Positions 1 through 8,899 of a DNA stretch of 64,000 nt are shown here, piece after piece. This DNA comes from Elusimicrobiota bacterium (lineage in GTDB: Bacteria; Elusimicrobiota; Elusimicrobia; Elusimicrobiales; UBA9959), in NCBI GenBank assembly GCA_012517285.1, contig JAAYVG010000023.1:16925-80924 (forward strand), written 5' to 3'. Made by a program: the position numbers and the translations under genes. Positions within the stretch are counted from its first letter, which is position 1. The number at the start of each line of letters is the position of its first letter. The notes under the pieces were generated by a model. It worked only from the letters and a program-made list of their open reading frames with translations, was not told the origin of the DNA and searched no databases.

Positions 1-1557
1 AATTCAAGAGAAATAAAAAACTATATAACATCAATGATTAGTTGTGAAACAGAGAATAATCCTGATGTGCTTATTCCACTGTCATACATAAAACTTGATT
101 CAGGTTATAGACAGGAGGCAGCCAATTGCTTTAGAAAAGGAATAAAGCACACATCGCTATCAGCTGGAGTTTTAAATTCATATTCAGAATTTTTGTCCCA
201 ATCAGGAGATAAAGTATCTTCAGATTTTTACAGAAGGTTGTCATATGATATTTTTTCAAAAAAGGATGAATTAACTGATGATGAACTTTATGAATTTATG
301 AGTTTAAAAATTATCTATGAAAATAATGATGGTATAATGAAAAAGATTATGGAGACCAAACTTCCACCCGACAAGAAGCATAATCTTATTGCAAGCTATA
401 TCCTACAGAATGACATGTATGAGAAATTATCCAGCTATGATAAAAAATATTTGCCGTCATGGGTAATGTTTTATATAGCATATAACACTAACGATTTTGA
501 TAAAATAAAAAAATTTGAAAACGAATCTTCTTTTTATAAGGAACTTGCTGAAGCATATGACAGAAAAAATTTAAGGGAAAAAGCACTCAACTATTCATAC
601 GATGCAATATCAAAAACTCCATATGACTATTCAATTACAAAGCAATTTATTAATTTAACAGACAAATACTATCCTTATAACACACTATCATTTCTTTACA
701 GTGATAGAGATTTTATTAAAACACATGAATATTCATTAAGTTATAATATTTATATTCAGAATAATATTTATATCAATTATATGTTTTTATATGATATATA
801 TACCAGCAATGATAAAAATCAATTTTTATATAAGAGTCTTTATGATAATTACAACAAGATAACATTTTCAACATATGATACAGCATTTTATATAGGGTTA
901 AGAAATTCAATAGAAAATTTTTTTACATTTGGTTTTGACAAAAAAATATCATCTAAATATATAAATATTAACTCTGGATTTAATATTAAAGATAAATCTG
1001 AAGAAAATACATATATGGAAACAGCAGGTTTTAAAAATACTTTATACATAAACATAGCTTTTAATTATTCTACGAGGGAAAAGATATCACTTGACCTTAG
1101 ATATCAGGAATACTTTGATCAAAATAATTCATATATAGGACGAGGATTTATACCAGAAATAAGAAATGATTTTAAACTCTCATCTAAACTAAATCTTTCT
1201 ACATATTACTCAAATGGTGGATTTGTTCAATCTGATGAAAATATAACAGGAACAACATTATCAAATGTATCACCATATAATTATATTAAACTTCTTCCAG
1301 ACAATTATAATGAGTTTGGTATAACTTTTTATATTTCAGATATAGTAAATACAGATTACAGAAAAAAATTTATTTTTCCATTGAACATTAACATAGCATA
1401 TAACTCATCAACTGATTTGGCATACTATGTAGAACTGTTTATAAAATCTCCATCCATTAAAAAATCATATTTTTTAACAAAATTATCATATTATAATAAC
1501 TATAATAACAACAGTGATAATTTATTCAGTATTTTTCAATCAATAAAATTCAAATAG
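1..1557 (+). CDS. Partial (5'-truncated by the window edge) protein with a helical/TPR-like N-terminal part and a Tyr/Asn-rich, predicted beta-strand-rich C-terminal half. Possible outer-membrane beta-barrel of the PgaA/BcsC/Slam type of architecture.
   Basis: The reading frame is open from base 1, with no stop before the Met at 34. The C-terminal ~300 aa show alternating aromatic/polar residues typical of OM barrels. No catalytic motif was recognised. Confidence 0.4.
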   Translation, partial: NSREIKNYITSMISCETENNPDVLIPLSYIKLDSGYRQEAANCFRKGIKHTSLSAGVLNSYSEFLSQSGDKVSSDFYRRLSYDIFSKKDELTDDELYEFMSLKIIYENNDGIMKKIMETKLPPDKKHNLIASYILQNDMYEKLSSYDKKYLPSWVMFYIAYNTNDFDKIKKFENESSFYKELAEAYDRKNLREKALNYSYDAISKTPYDYSITKQFINLTDKYYPYNTLSFLYSDRDFIKTHEYSLSYNIYIQNNIYINYMFLYDIYTSNDKNQFLYKSLYDNYNKITFSTYDTAFYIGLRNSIENFFTFGFDKKISSKYININSGFNIKDKSEENTYMETAGFKNTLYINIAFNYSTREKISLDLRYQEYFDQNNSYIGRGFIPEIRNDFKLSSKLNLSTYYSNGGFVQSDENITGTTLSNVSPYNYIKLLPDNYNEFGITFYISDIVNTDYRKKFIFPLNINIAYNSSTDLAYYVELFIKSPSIKKSYFLTKLSYYNNYNNNSDNLFSIFQSIKFK

Positions 1558-1584
1558 TATCAGTTTAATTTGTATAATCTTATT

Positions 1585-2847
1585 ATGATAGAAGGTGAGT
1601 TATATGATGTTGCTATAATTGGTGCGGGTGCCAGTGGCCTTATCTCGGCATCAGTTCTTGCTGAAAAAAATATAAAAACAGTTCTTATTGAAAAAAATTC
1701 TAAAATGGGTAGAAAGCTTCTTTCAACAGGGGCTGGAAAGGCAAACCTATCAAACACTAATATATCAACGGATTTTTATCTTTGTGATGACAAAAGGAAA
1801 CTTCAAGAAATATTTAAAAAAACTCCATCTGAAGAGGTATTAAATTTTTTAAGATATAAGCTTGGAGTTTTTACAGTTGTAAAGGAAAGGGGTAAGATAT
1901 ATCCGCTTTCTGAAAAATCTGAGAATGTTTCGTTTGCGTTTGAAAACTTTTTAAAAAACTCTTCAGTTTCTGTAAAACTTTTAACACTTATAACATCTGT
2001 TCATTACAATAAAAATATTTTTGAGATAAAAGCAAAAACACTGCCACATCACTTTGAAAAGAATGATTTTGTTGAAAAAGAATTTATTATAAGAGCAAGA
2101 AATCTTGTGATATCAACAGGTGGACCTTCATATCCAAAAATTGGTGGCACATACTCAGGTTTTGATATAGCTAAAACATTGGGGCACTCTATAAATGAGA
2201 TAAAGCCACTTATAACACCGTTTGAGGTAGAATCCCCAAATCTTTCATTGCTTGATGGAATACGAAGGAACGCAAGGGTTGTTATTAGCATCAAAGGAAA
2301 ACAAACAATCATAGAGGATGAAGTCCTTTTCACTGATTATGGGATATCAGGACCGCTTGCACTTGATCTTTCATTTTATTATGGAAGGGAAGGGGAAATT
2401 AATAGTATTTTTTTAGACCTTTACCCTGAGCTTAGTGATAATGAGTTGATAAGTTTTTTTAATAAAAGAATTGATGGCAGCAAATCGTTTAAGGATTTAC
2501 TATTTCCGTCGGTGGAGTTTAGGCTCGCTGAGTTCATACTTAAAAAATTATCCATAAAAGTTGATGACAAGACTGATATAAAAGGTATTGAAAGATTTGT
2601 TAGTGAGATAAAAAACTTAAAGCTTGAGGGTTTGACTCCATGTAGGTTTGATATGGCTATGTCTAAAACTGGTGGTGTTCCACTTGATGAGATTGATGAA
2701 AGCTTTGAATCAAAAAAGATAAAAAATCTTTTTATAACTGGAGAGCTTCTTGACTCTGGTGGAAAAAGCGGAGGATATAATCTCCACTTTGCTTTCACGA
2801 GTGGATATGCCTCAGCCAAAAAGATTATTGAAAGGATATATGGATGA
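1585..2847 (+). CDS. HI0933/BaiN-like NAD(P)/FAD-dependent flavoprotein
   Basis: N-terminal Rossmann motif YDVAIIGAGASGL, then the GRKLLSTGAGKANLSN and C-terminal GGYNLHFAFTSG signatures typical of the HI0933 family. The ATG at 1585 is preferred over the TTG at 1570. Confidence 0.75.
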   Translation: MIEGELYDVAIIGAGASGLISASVLAEKNIKTVLIEKNSKMGRKLLSTGAGKANLSNTNISTDFYLCDDKRKLQEIFKKTPSEEVLNFLRYKLGVFTVVKERGKIYPLSEKSENVSFAFENFLKNSSVSVKLLTLITSVHYNKNIFEIKAKTLPHHFEKNDFVEKEFIIRARNLVISTGGPSYPKIGGTYSGFDIAKTLGHSINEIKPLITPFEVESPNLSLLDGIRRNARVVISIKGKQTIIEDEVLFTDYGISGPLALDLSFYYGREGEINSIFLDLYPELSDNELISFFNKRIDGSKSFKDLLFPSVEFRLAEFILKKLSIKVDDKTDIKGIERFVSEIKNLKLEGLTPCRFDMAMSKTGGVPLDEIDESFESKKIKNLFITGELLDSGGKSGGYNLHFAFTSGYASAKKIIERIYG

Positions 2848-3457
2848 TATAAAAAAGATATTCAGTTATTATTTTACCAATGATGAGATTAAAAAGATAA
2901 GAAAGACTAAGGTTTTAATAGCAGGATGTGGCGGGCTTGGTTCAAACGTTTCAAACATACTAATAAGAACAGGATTTATAAACCTTGTTATAATAGATTA
3001 TGATAGGGTTGAAATTAAAAATTTAAACAGGCAGTTATTTTTTAAAAATGATGTGGGCAAAAAAAAGGTTTTAGCTCTTAAAAAAAATCTTTTGAAAATA
3101 AGTACCGCAGCAAGGATAAAGACAGTGGATAAGAGACTTGATGAAAAAAACTTTGAAGAGATACTGAAAAGGGAAAAGCCAGAGATAATAGTTGAAGCTG
3201 TTGATATTGATGAAACAAAAAAGATGATATTTGAAACATCATTAAGAATGAAAAGGTTTATTGTTATGGCAAGCGGTATAGCAGGATATGGAGATTGTGA
3301 AAATATAAAGATAATAAGGAGAGATAATTATACAATAGTTGGAGATCTTATCAAGTCTGTTAATGATTTTAATCCACTTGCACCTAAGGTTTTGGCGGTT
3401 GCTGCTATGGAAGCCGATGAGGTTTTAAGGAGGGTCTTATATGACAAAAAAGGATAG
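2840..3457 (+). CDS. thiF: ThiF-family adenylyltransferase (ThiS/MoaD-type E1-like)
   Basis: VLIAGCGGLGSNV nucleotide-binding loop followed by DYDRVEIKNLNRQ. The start ATGGATGA overlaps the upstream stop, and thiE lies immediately downstream. Confidence 0.75.
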   Translation: MDDIKKIFSYYFTNDEIKKIRKTKVLIAGCGGLGSNVSNILIRTGFINLVIIDYDRVEIKNLNRQLFFKNDVGKKKVLALKKNLLKISTAARIKTVDKRLDEKNFEEILKREKPEIIVEAVDIDETKKMIFETSLRMKRFIVMASGIAGYGDCENIKIIRRDNYTIVGDLIKSVNDFNPLAPKVLAVAAMEADEVLRRVLYDKKG

Positions 3458-4097
3458 TATGAAGATTTTTGAAAATTACTCTATATACGCTATAACCGAT
3501 GAAAAACATTCACTTGGAAGGGATAATGTTTTAGTTGCAAAAAAAATTCTTGAAAGCGGAGTTAAGATAATTCAATATAGGGTGAAATACTTGGACTTTG
3601 CTGATAAGTATCGTGAGGCAAAGGAGATAAGTAAGATTGCAAAAAAACACGGTGCTGTTTTCATTGTAAATGATCACCCTGATTTGGCTCTTATGGTTAA
3701 GGCTGATGGAGTTCATTTAGGACAGGATGATTATCCCGTTAAAGAGGTGCGAAAGCTTGTTGGTAAGGATTTTATAATAGGTGTATCAACACACAGTCCA
3801 GAGCAGTATATAAGGGCAACAAGGGATGGTGCAGATTATGCAGGGGTTGGCCCGCTTTTTGAAACACACACAAAGGATAATGTTATGTCTCCTGTTGGCT
3901 TAGAATATCTCAGATGGGTAGTTGGACATAAAAAGATACCATTTGTGGCAATAGGTGGAATAAAGACCTATAACCTTTCTGAAGTCATAAAGGCTGGAGC
4001 TAAATGTTTCTGTCTTGTAACAGAAATAACAGAATCAAAGGATATAAATAAGAAGATAAAAGAATTAAATAAGGGGGCACTAAAAAAGTCTATTTGA
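3441..4097 (+). CDS. thiE: Thiamine-phosphate synthase
   Basis: Motifs YAITD, FIVNDHPDLALMVKADGVHLGQDD and GVSTHS..AGVGPLF.T.TK. A strong SD (AAGGAGG) lies 6 nt before the ATG at 3441. Confidence 0.9.
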   Translation: MTKKDSMKIFENYSIYAITDEKHSLGRDNVLVAKKILESGVKIIQYRVKYLDFADKYREAKEISKIAKKHGAVFIVNDHPDLALMVKADGVHLGQDDYPVKEVRKLVGKDFIIGVSTHSPEQYIRATRDGADYAGVGPLFETHTKDNVMSPVGLEYLRWVVGHKKIPFVAIGGIKTYNLSEVIKAGAKCFCLVTEITESKDINKKIKELNKGALKKSI

Positions 4098-4108
4098 GCT
4101 ATAAATTA

Positions 4109-4234
4109 GCCAATTTTTTAAGCCTGCCGAAGCCGCTTCGGCGTAGGCAGGCGGGCGAGACGAGGAGCGAGGAGTGAGCATACCTGAATAAGGTCTGTAA
4201 ACGACGAGTGACGAAGTAGCAGCCAAAAATTGGC
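4109..4234. repeat. MITE-like GC-rich element. 10-11 bp terminal inverted repeats (GCCAATTTTT / AAAAATTGGC) bracket one copy of the CCTGCC..CGAAGC..GCTTCG..GGCAGG palindrome (4122-4152) plus about 70 bp of GC-rich sequence.
   Basis: The inverted repeats and the palindrome were read directly. It is a GC island in an AT-rich intergenic region after thiE. Confidence 0.6.
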
Positions 4235-4386
4235 AATTTAAAGCCAAAAGGTGGTAAAAACTACACGCCTTTTTAATATTAGAGATAAAAAACCTTGCAG
4301 TTTTGATATAAATTTTGAAACTTTTTATACAGTTTCTCATTTATAAAACCTCCACCGTTAGACTTTTTCAGTGCCCCCTAAAATAT

Positions 4387-5037
4387 ATGAAAACAAAAAT
4401 CTATAATGTTTTTGATAAAAATGCATTTGAATATGACAGCTGGTTTGATAAAAACAAGTATCTTTATCTAACTGAGCTTGAGGTAGTAAAAGAAGGCATT
4501 GGAAAGAAAAAATATAAAAATGCTATTGAGATAGGAGTTGGTACTGGAAGGTTTTCAGAACCATTCGGTATAAAAATAGGACTTGAGCCATCAGAGGATA
4601 TGGGAAAGTTAGCTGTGAAAAGAGGGATTGCTGTGGTTAAAGGATATGGCGAAAATATTCCATTTTTTGATGAAAGCTTTGATCTTGTCCTTATTGCCTT
4701 TACACTCTGTTTTGTTAAAGATCCTATAAAGGTTTTAACTGAGTCAAAAAGAATACTCAAAAAGAGAGGGAGAATTGTTATAGGAATAATAGACAAAGAC
4801 ACAGAGTTAGGAAGGATGTATCTTTTAAAGAAAAAAACAGATGTTTTTTATAGGGATGCTAAGTTTTATTCATCACTTTGGCTCATAGAGAAATTAAAAA
4901 AATTAAAATTTAAAAACATAACAACATACCAGACACTTTTTAAACCACAAAATTTAAAAAATTTAAGAAAATTAGACAGGATAGAAAAGGGTCATGGAAG
5001 AGGTGGATTTTGCGTTATAAGCGGCGAGAAAATTTAA
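4387..5037 (+). CDS. Class I SAM-dependent methyltransferase
   Basis: Motif I AIEIGVGTGRF, then the post-I and motif II-like FDLVLIAFTL. Start moved to MKTKIYNVFD because the longer ORF would begin inside the repeat element. Confidence 0.7.
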   Translation: MKTKIYNVFDKNAFEYDSWFDKNKYLYLTELEVVKEGIGKKKYKNAIEIGVGTGRFSEPFGIKIGLEPSEDMGKLAVKRGIAVVKGYGENIPFFDESFDLVLIAFTLCFVKDPIKVLTESKRILKKRGRIVIGIIDKDTELGRMYLLKKKTDVFYRDAKFYSSLWLIEKLKKLKFKNITTYQTLFKPQNLKNLRKLDRIEKGHGRGGFCVISGEKI

Positions 5038-5050
5038 TATAATAATTTTA

Positions 5051-6013
5051 ATGGAAACAAGTATAATATTTATAACAGCTGCTTTTTTTTCTTTTTTTAT
5101 TTCATATCTTCTTGCTTCATTTGAAATATATCCATTTTTCAGGTTTTTCTATGTTTTTGCATGGTATTCATACATCTTTTTTATTGATGGGATAAATTAT
5201 TTGATAAAGAATGATTCTTTAATAATATCACGGACAAAAGAATTTGTTTATATGCTTTTTGTATCATGCGGAATGTGGTTCTTTTTTGAGATATTTAATG
5301 TATCACTATCAAGCTGGGAATATAGTTTGGTTCCTTTTGATGTTACCGAGAGATATATTTTCTATCTACTTCTGTTTTCTTCAATTCTTCCAGCAATATT
5401 TGAAACGGAAGAACTGATAGAATCGTCAGGGTTGTTCAGAAAGGTCAGAATAAATATAAATTTAAAATTTAATGAAAAACATATTAGAATATACATAATC
5501 TTTGGAATATTTATAGCTCTTTTGTCTATCTCACTCCCGAGCATATTTTTTCCGCTTATATGGATATCGCTTGTTTTTATATTTGAGCCTCTTAATTACA
5601 AATTGGGCACAAGATCACTGATAAGAGAGAGTCTTAAAGGAAGGATTGAAAAACTTTTATCAATATCATTGGCAGGTGTCATCTACGGTATGCTTTGGGA
5701 TATATGGGGAATAAAGGCAGGAACAAAACTGATATACACACTTCCATACTTAAATCTTTTTAAGATATTCAATACCCCTGTTCTGTCATATATTTTTTTT
5801 ATACTTTTTGCTCTTGGTTCTTATTCAATGTATAATGCGTTCAGCTATTTTAAAAGGGGAATAAGCTGGGAGTATGACTCACAAACGCAGATAAGTGATA
5901 TTAAAAGATATAAATATTTTTATCCTATAGTTCTTATAATAATAGTAGTAGTATTCTTCATAGCAGTAAGGCTTATAGATAAATATACTGTAAGACTTTT
6001 TACTCTTATATAA
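5051..6013 (+). CDS. Polytopic integral membrane protein, function unknown
   Basis: 320 aa with about 8 hydrophobic segments. No recognisable motif. Confidence 0.55.
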   Translation: METSIIFITAAFFSFFISYLLASFEIYPFFRFFYVFAWYSYIFFIDGINYLIKNDSLIISRTKEFVYMLFVSCGMWFFFEIFNVSLSSWEYSLVPFDVTERYIFYLLLFSSILPAIFETEELIESSGLFRKVRININLKFNEKHIRIYIIFGIFIALLSISLPSIFFPLIWISLVFIFEPLNYKLGTRSLIRESLKGRIEKLLSISLAGVIYGMLWDIWGIKAGTKLIYTLPYLNLFKIFNTPVLSYIFFILFALGSYSMYNAFSYFKRGISWEYDSQTQISDIKRYKYFYPIVLIIIVVVFFIAVRLIDKYTVRLFTLI

Positions 6014-6620
6014 AAGTTATTTAGTTGTCTTGTTATCTGGTTATTTAATCATCAAGATGTAGACGGATTCATCGAGATGAAGACAGACAGATTTGTTATT
6101 TAGTTATTTTGGAAGAATGGGATAAAAATGAGAAGAAGTCTTAATCCATACACCGACTCATTGTTTTTTATATTCACACAATCAAACCAGTTATCATATA
6201 ACCATATTGCTTTTGTTATTTAATAGAACCTCTGTCCAACTTCGTAAGTTGAACATATAATTCCATTTACAAATTTTCGTCCAACTTCGTAGGTTGGACA
6301 GGTTATATTGTAACTACAGGCTAAGGTTAAGATTAAGATTGAGGTTAATAAGAAAACGACAAATCCCCATCAAAACAGTGATCAGTGGACAGTGATCAGA
6401 AAAGACAAAACAGTGATCAGTGCCTGCCTGCCCGCCTTTGTGATATGTCTGAGTTTGAAGTAGATAATGATTTAAGAGATGTAATTCATTATCATTACTA
6501 CAGGCAGGTAGGGACAGATGTCAGATTTTAAAGGAATTTCTTATTTATCTGATATCTATTTACATCCTGACTTAATCTGTTTTCATCTCGATGATTAAGT
6601 CTTCTCAAATTCCATACGAT
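6014..6620. repeat. Mosaic of dispersed intergenic 'word' repeats. Members: the AACCAGACAACCAGATAACC family, the CATCTCGATGATTAA family, the CAGTGATCAG family, TCCAAC-TTCGTAG-GTTGGA hairpins, and the split CCTGCCTGCC palindrome at 6421-6513.
   Basis: The same words recur in other intergenic regions of this window: 15535-15665, 25993-26190, 32780-33045 and 51469-51563. Confidence 0.8.
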
Positions 6621-6670
6621 CGTGTCAGAATGAAGGAAAACTATTTTTAAGTTTTATGTTTTATAATTTT

Positions 6671-6948
6671 GGGTCATTCGTAAATAATGTGGGATTTACC
6701 AATGAAAATAGTATGCAGAGAAAAATAAACAAAAAAAAGCATTGGTTACCCAAAACTCATATAATTTATTATTGAAAGATAAGTTATATAAAGGAGGATA
6801 ACCGATGCAAATATATAATATCAAAAAATTGTTAAATATTTCACAATATAAAATAACTCAGACTATTTTGAGCACTGACAAAGAAATTCATAAGATATCC
6901 CACACCAAAAGTAACCGCGTAGGTTACTTTTGGTTAGCAACAAAATAA
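6671..6948 (+). pseudogene. Possible ISL3-family IS remnant: candidate left inverted repeat (GGGTCATTCGTAAATAATGTGGG) plus a 47-codon N-terminal transposase fragment
   Basis: SD AAGGAGG precedes an ATG at 6805. The peptide MQIYNIKKLLNISQYKITQTILSTDKEIHK resembles the N-terminus of ISL3 transposases (..LL.I..yKit.v....). The frame runs into a hairpin repeat and stops at 6948. The family call rests on memory only. Confidence 0.3.
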
Positions 6949-7006
6949 TATTAAAATATAATCATAAATTTATCCAAACCCGAAGTAACCTACGCGGTTA
7001 CTTCGG
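6908..7006. repeat. Pair of perfect hairpins with mutually reverse-complementary loops: CCAAAAGTAAC-CGCGTAG-GTTACTTTTGG and CCGAAGTAAC-CTACGCG-GTTACTTCGG
   Basis: Read directly from the sequence. The two hairpins lie about 45 bp apart. Confidence 0.8.
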
Positions 7007-7128
7007 ATGTGATTCAAATAATTCTAAATTCTAAATTTTATAATATTCATCTACTTGGGACTAATGGCCTATTTACATATAGGTCTTATTGTATTTGATT
7101 TTAATCAATAAATGCTTAGAATATAGAT

Positions 7129-8136
7129 ATGAAAACTGCAAAATTAAAAGTGATCATAGCAGCTACACTTATAACAGCTACTTCATCGTTTTCTATTGCC
7201 GGGGTAAGTAAGGTAATATATGGTGATGACAACAGAAGGGATTATTATTCAATGCCAGAGGATATAAAAGCTATTGCAGATTCAGTAGTATCGCTCTGGG
7301 ATAAAACAAATGTTAGCTTTGATCCTTCATCAAACAGTTATATCCTTTCTACACAAAAATTTGGTGAAAGGCTTAATCTCTGTGATGATGAGCCTTTTAA
7401 GGATCAGACTATCGGAGCTTTTTGCTCTGGTTCCCTTGTTTCTGAGGATACAATCATAACGGCTGGTCATTGCATTACAAATGAGTCAAAGTGTGCATCA
7501 ACTTATTTTGTTTTTGGATATGCTGTAAATGATAAAAATAATCCTGATACCGCAGTTACAAATATTCCTGCATCAAATGTATATAAATGTTCCAAGATAT
7601 TAAAAAGAAATATTGGGCCGGAACCCACTCCTGATAATCCAAGTGGAACAGGGTTAGGTCCTGACTATGCAATAATAAAGCTTGATAGAAGGGTTGAGGG
7701 TAAAAAACCTCTTAGGATGAATTTGAATCAGAATCTATCAAAGGGAGATCCTGTTTTCGTAATAGGATATCCTGTAGGGCTTCCAGTAAAATTTGCTGAT
7801 GGATCTACTATTAGAGATCCATTGCCTGTTGGTTATTTCGTAGCAAATCTTGATACCTACGGTGGGAACTCTGGATCTCCTGTGTTTAACTCAAACACAA
7901 AGTTGATAGAGGGTATATTAGTAAGGGGTGATAATGATTTTATTCAGACTCCTGTTGGATGCAGCGTTTCTAATGTAGTTGACTCTGACGGAGGAAGAGG
8001 TGAGGATGTGACAAAGATATCGGTGCTTGCAAGCTATTTTAATTCTATTCAAAGTAATTCAGTAAGAAGCATATCAGTAAATGTGGAAATGCCAGAAGTT
8101 AGCAGATCAGCTGCTAATTTCAGTTTTGATAGATAA
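7129..8136 (+). CDS. Secreted trypsin-fold (S1, V8/glutamyl-endopeptidase-like) serine protease
   Basis: Signal peptide, then catalytic His in TAGHC, Asp in DYAIIKLD and Ser in GGNSGSPVF. Confidence 0.8.
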   Translation: MKTAKLKVIIAATLITATSSFSIAGVSKVIYGDDNRRDYYSMPEDIKAIADSVVSLWDKTNVSFDPSSNSYILSTQKFGERLNLCDDEPFKDQTIGAFCSGSLVSEDTIITAGHCITNESKCASTYFVFGYAVNDKNNPDTAVTNIPASNVYKCSKILKRNIGPEPTPDNPSGTGLGPDYAIIKLDRRVEGKKPLRMNLNQNLSKGDPVFVIGYPVGLPVKFADGSTIRDPLPVGYFVANLDTYGGNSGSPVFNSNTKLIEGILVRGDNDFIQTPVGCSVSNVVDSDGGRGEDVTKISVLASYFNSIQSNSVRSISVNVEMPEVSRSAANFSFDR

Positions 8137-8153
8137 AAAGATTACCTGGGCTT

Positions 8154-8194
8154 AACCCCTTTTCGTTCTGAGCAAACGAAAAGGGGTTTTTTTG
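8154..8194 (+). terminator. Rho-independent terminator
   Basis: AACCCCTTTTCGTT / AACGAAAAGGGGTT stem followed by a T-run. Confidence 0.8.
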
Positions 8195-8236
8195 TTGGTA
8201 TTAAAAATAATATAAAATATATTATCAGGATGATTT

Positions 8237-8899
8237 ATGAGCAAAGATTTATTAAAAAAAGTTAAAACATTGAAGGGTTTTTCAAAGGCGGACATAAAAG
8301 CCCTTAAATCTCTTGGAAAATTAAAGAAATTTAATAAAGGTGATATTATTTTTAACAAAAATGACTCAGGAAAAAAGTTTTATATATTAAAAAAAGGAGA
8401 GGTGCAAATATTTACTGAGTTAGGAAATAAAGATAAGATAATATCAGTGCTTAGTGAGAATGATTTTTTTGGAGAACTAGCCCTTTTAGGAATAGGATAT
8501 AGAACAGCTTCTGCAGTTGCTATAAAGGATTCAGAGGTGTATGTAATTTCAATGAAAGACTTTGAATCGCTTCTTTTGAATAATAAAGAATTTACATTGA
8601 AGTTGCTTTACATAATGGCAGAGAGATTGAGAAAGACTGATGAGGAAATAGAAAATTTGTTGTTTTATAATATATTCGGAAGAGTTATAAAGTTTTTGTA
8701 TGAAAGTTGTAGAAAAAATAATAATACAGAGTTGAGTATAACACAGGACGATATAGCAAAGAATTTAGGAACAACAAGAATCCCTGTTAACAGGGTGCTT
8801 CAGAGATTGAAAAACAAAGGTATTATAACACTATCAAGAGGAAAAATAATAATAGATGAGAAAAAGCTTAACTCAATAATGGAGAGGTTTAAATGTTAA
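8237..8899 (+). CDS. Crp/Fnr-family transcriptional regulator (cNMP-binding domain + C-terminal HTH)
   Basis: FFGELALL and RTASAVA cNMP-binding signatures. C-terminal HTH ITQDDIAKNLGTTRIPVNRVL. Confidence 0.85.
   Translation: MSKDLLKKVKTLKGFSKADIKALKSLGKLKKFNKGDIIFNKNDSGKKFYILKKGEVQIFTELGNKDKIISVLSENDFFGELALLGIGYRTASAVAIKDSEVYVISMKDFESLLLNNKEFTLKLLYIMAERLRKTDEEIENLLFYNIFGRVIKFLYESCRKNNNTELSITQDDIAKNLGTTRIPVNRVLQRLKNKGIITLSRGKIIIDEKKLNSIMERFKC

Noticed and set aside
2750-2839. N-terminal 30-codon extension of the thiF ORF
   Set aside because: The extension lies entirely inside the upstream flavoprotein gene in another frame. The ATG at 2840 gives a typical ATGGATGA stop/start overlap and a normal ThiF N-terminus.
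2700-3460. TPP riboswitch expected upstream of thiF/thiE
   Set aside because: No CTGAGA...ACCTGATCTGGATAATGCCAGCG-like core was seen. The thi genes are translationally coupled to the upstream gene, leaving no leader.
4122-4225. GC island as a housekeeping ncRNA (SRP/4.5S, 6S, RNase P, tmRNA)
   Set aside because: I could not find the SRP domain IV motif (GGAA tetraloop with flanking AGCA loops) or other diagnostic motifs. Part of the island is a copy of the dispersed palindrome. An Infernal scan would be needed to exclude a ncRNA fully.
4080-4340. 86-aa minus-strand ORF (..TPRSSSRPPAYAEAASAGLKNW..)
   Set aside because: It is a translation of the GC-rich palindromic/MITE-like repeat. It has no SD, its composition is driven by the repeat, and it overlaps the thiE stop and the methyltransferase upstream region.
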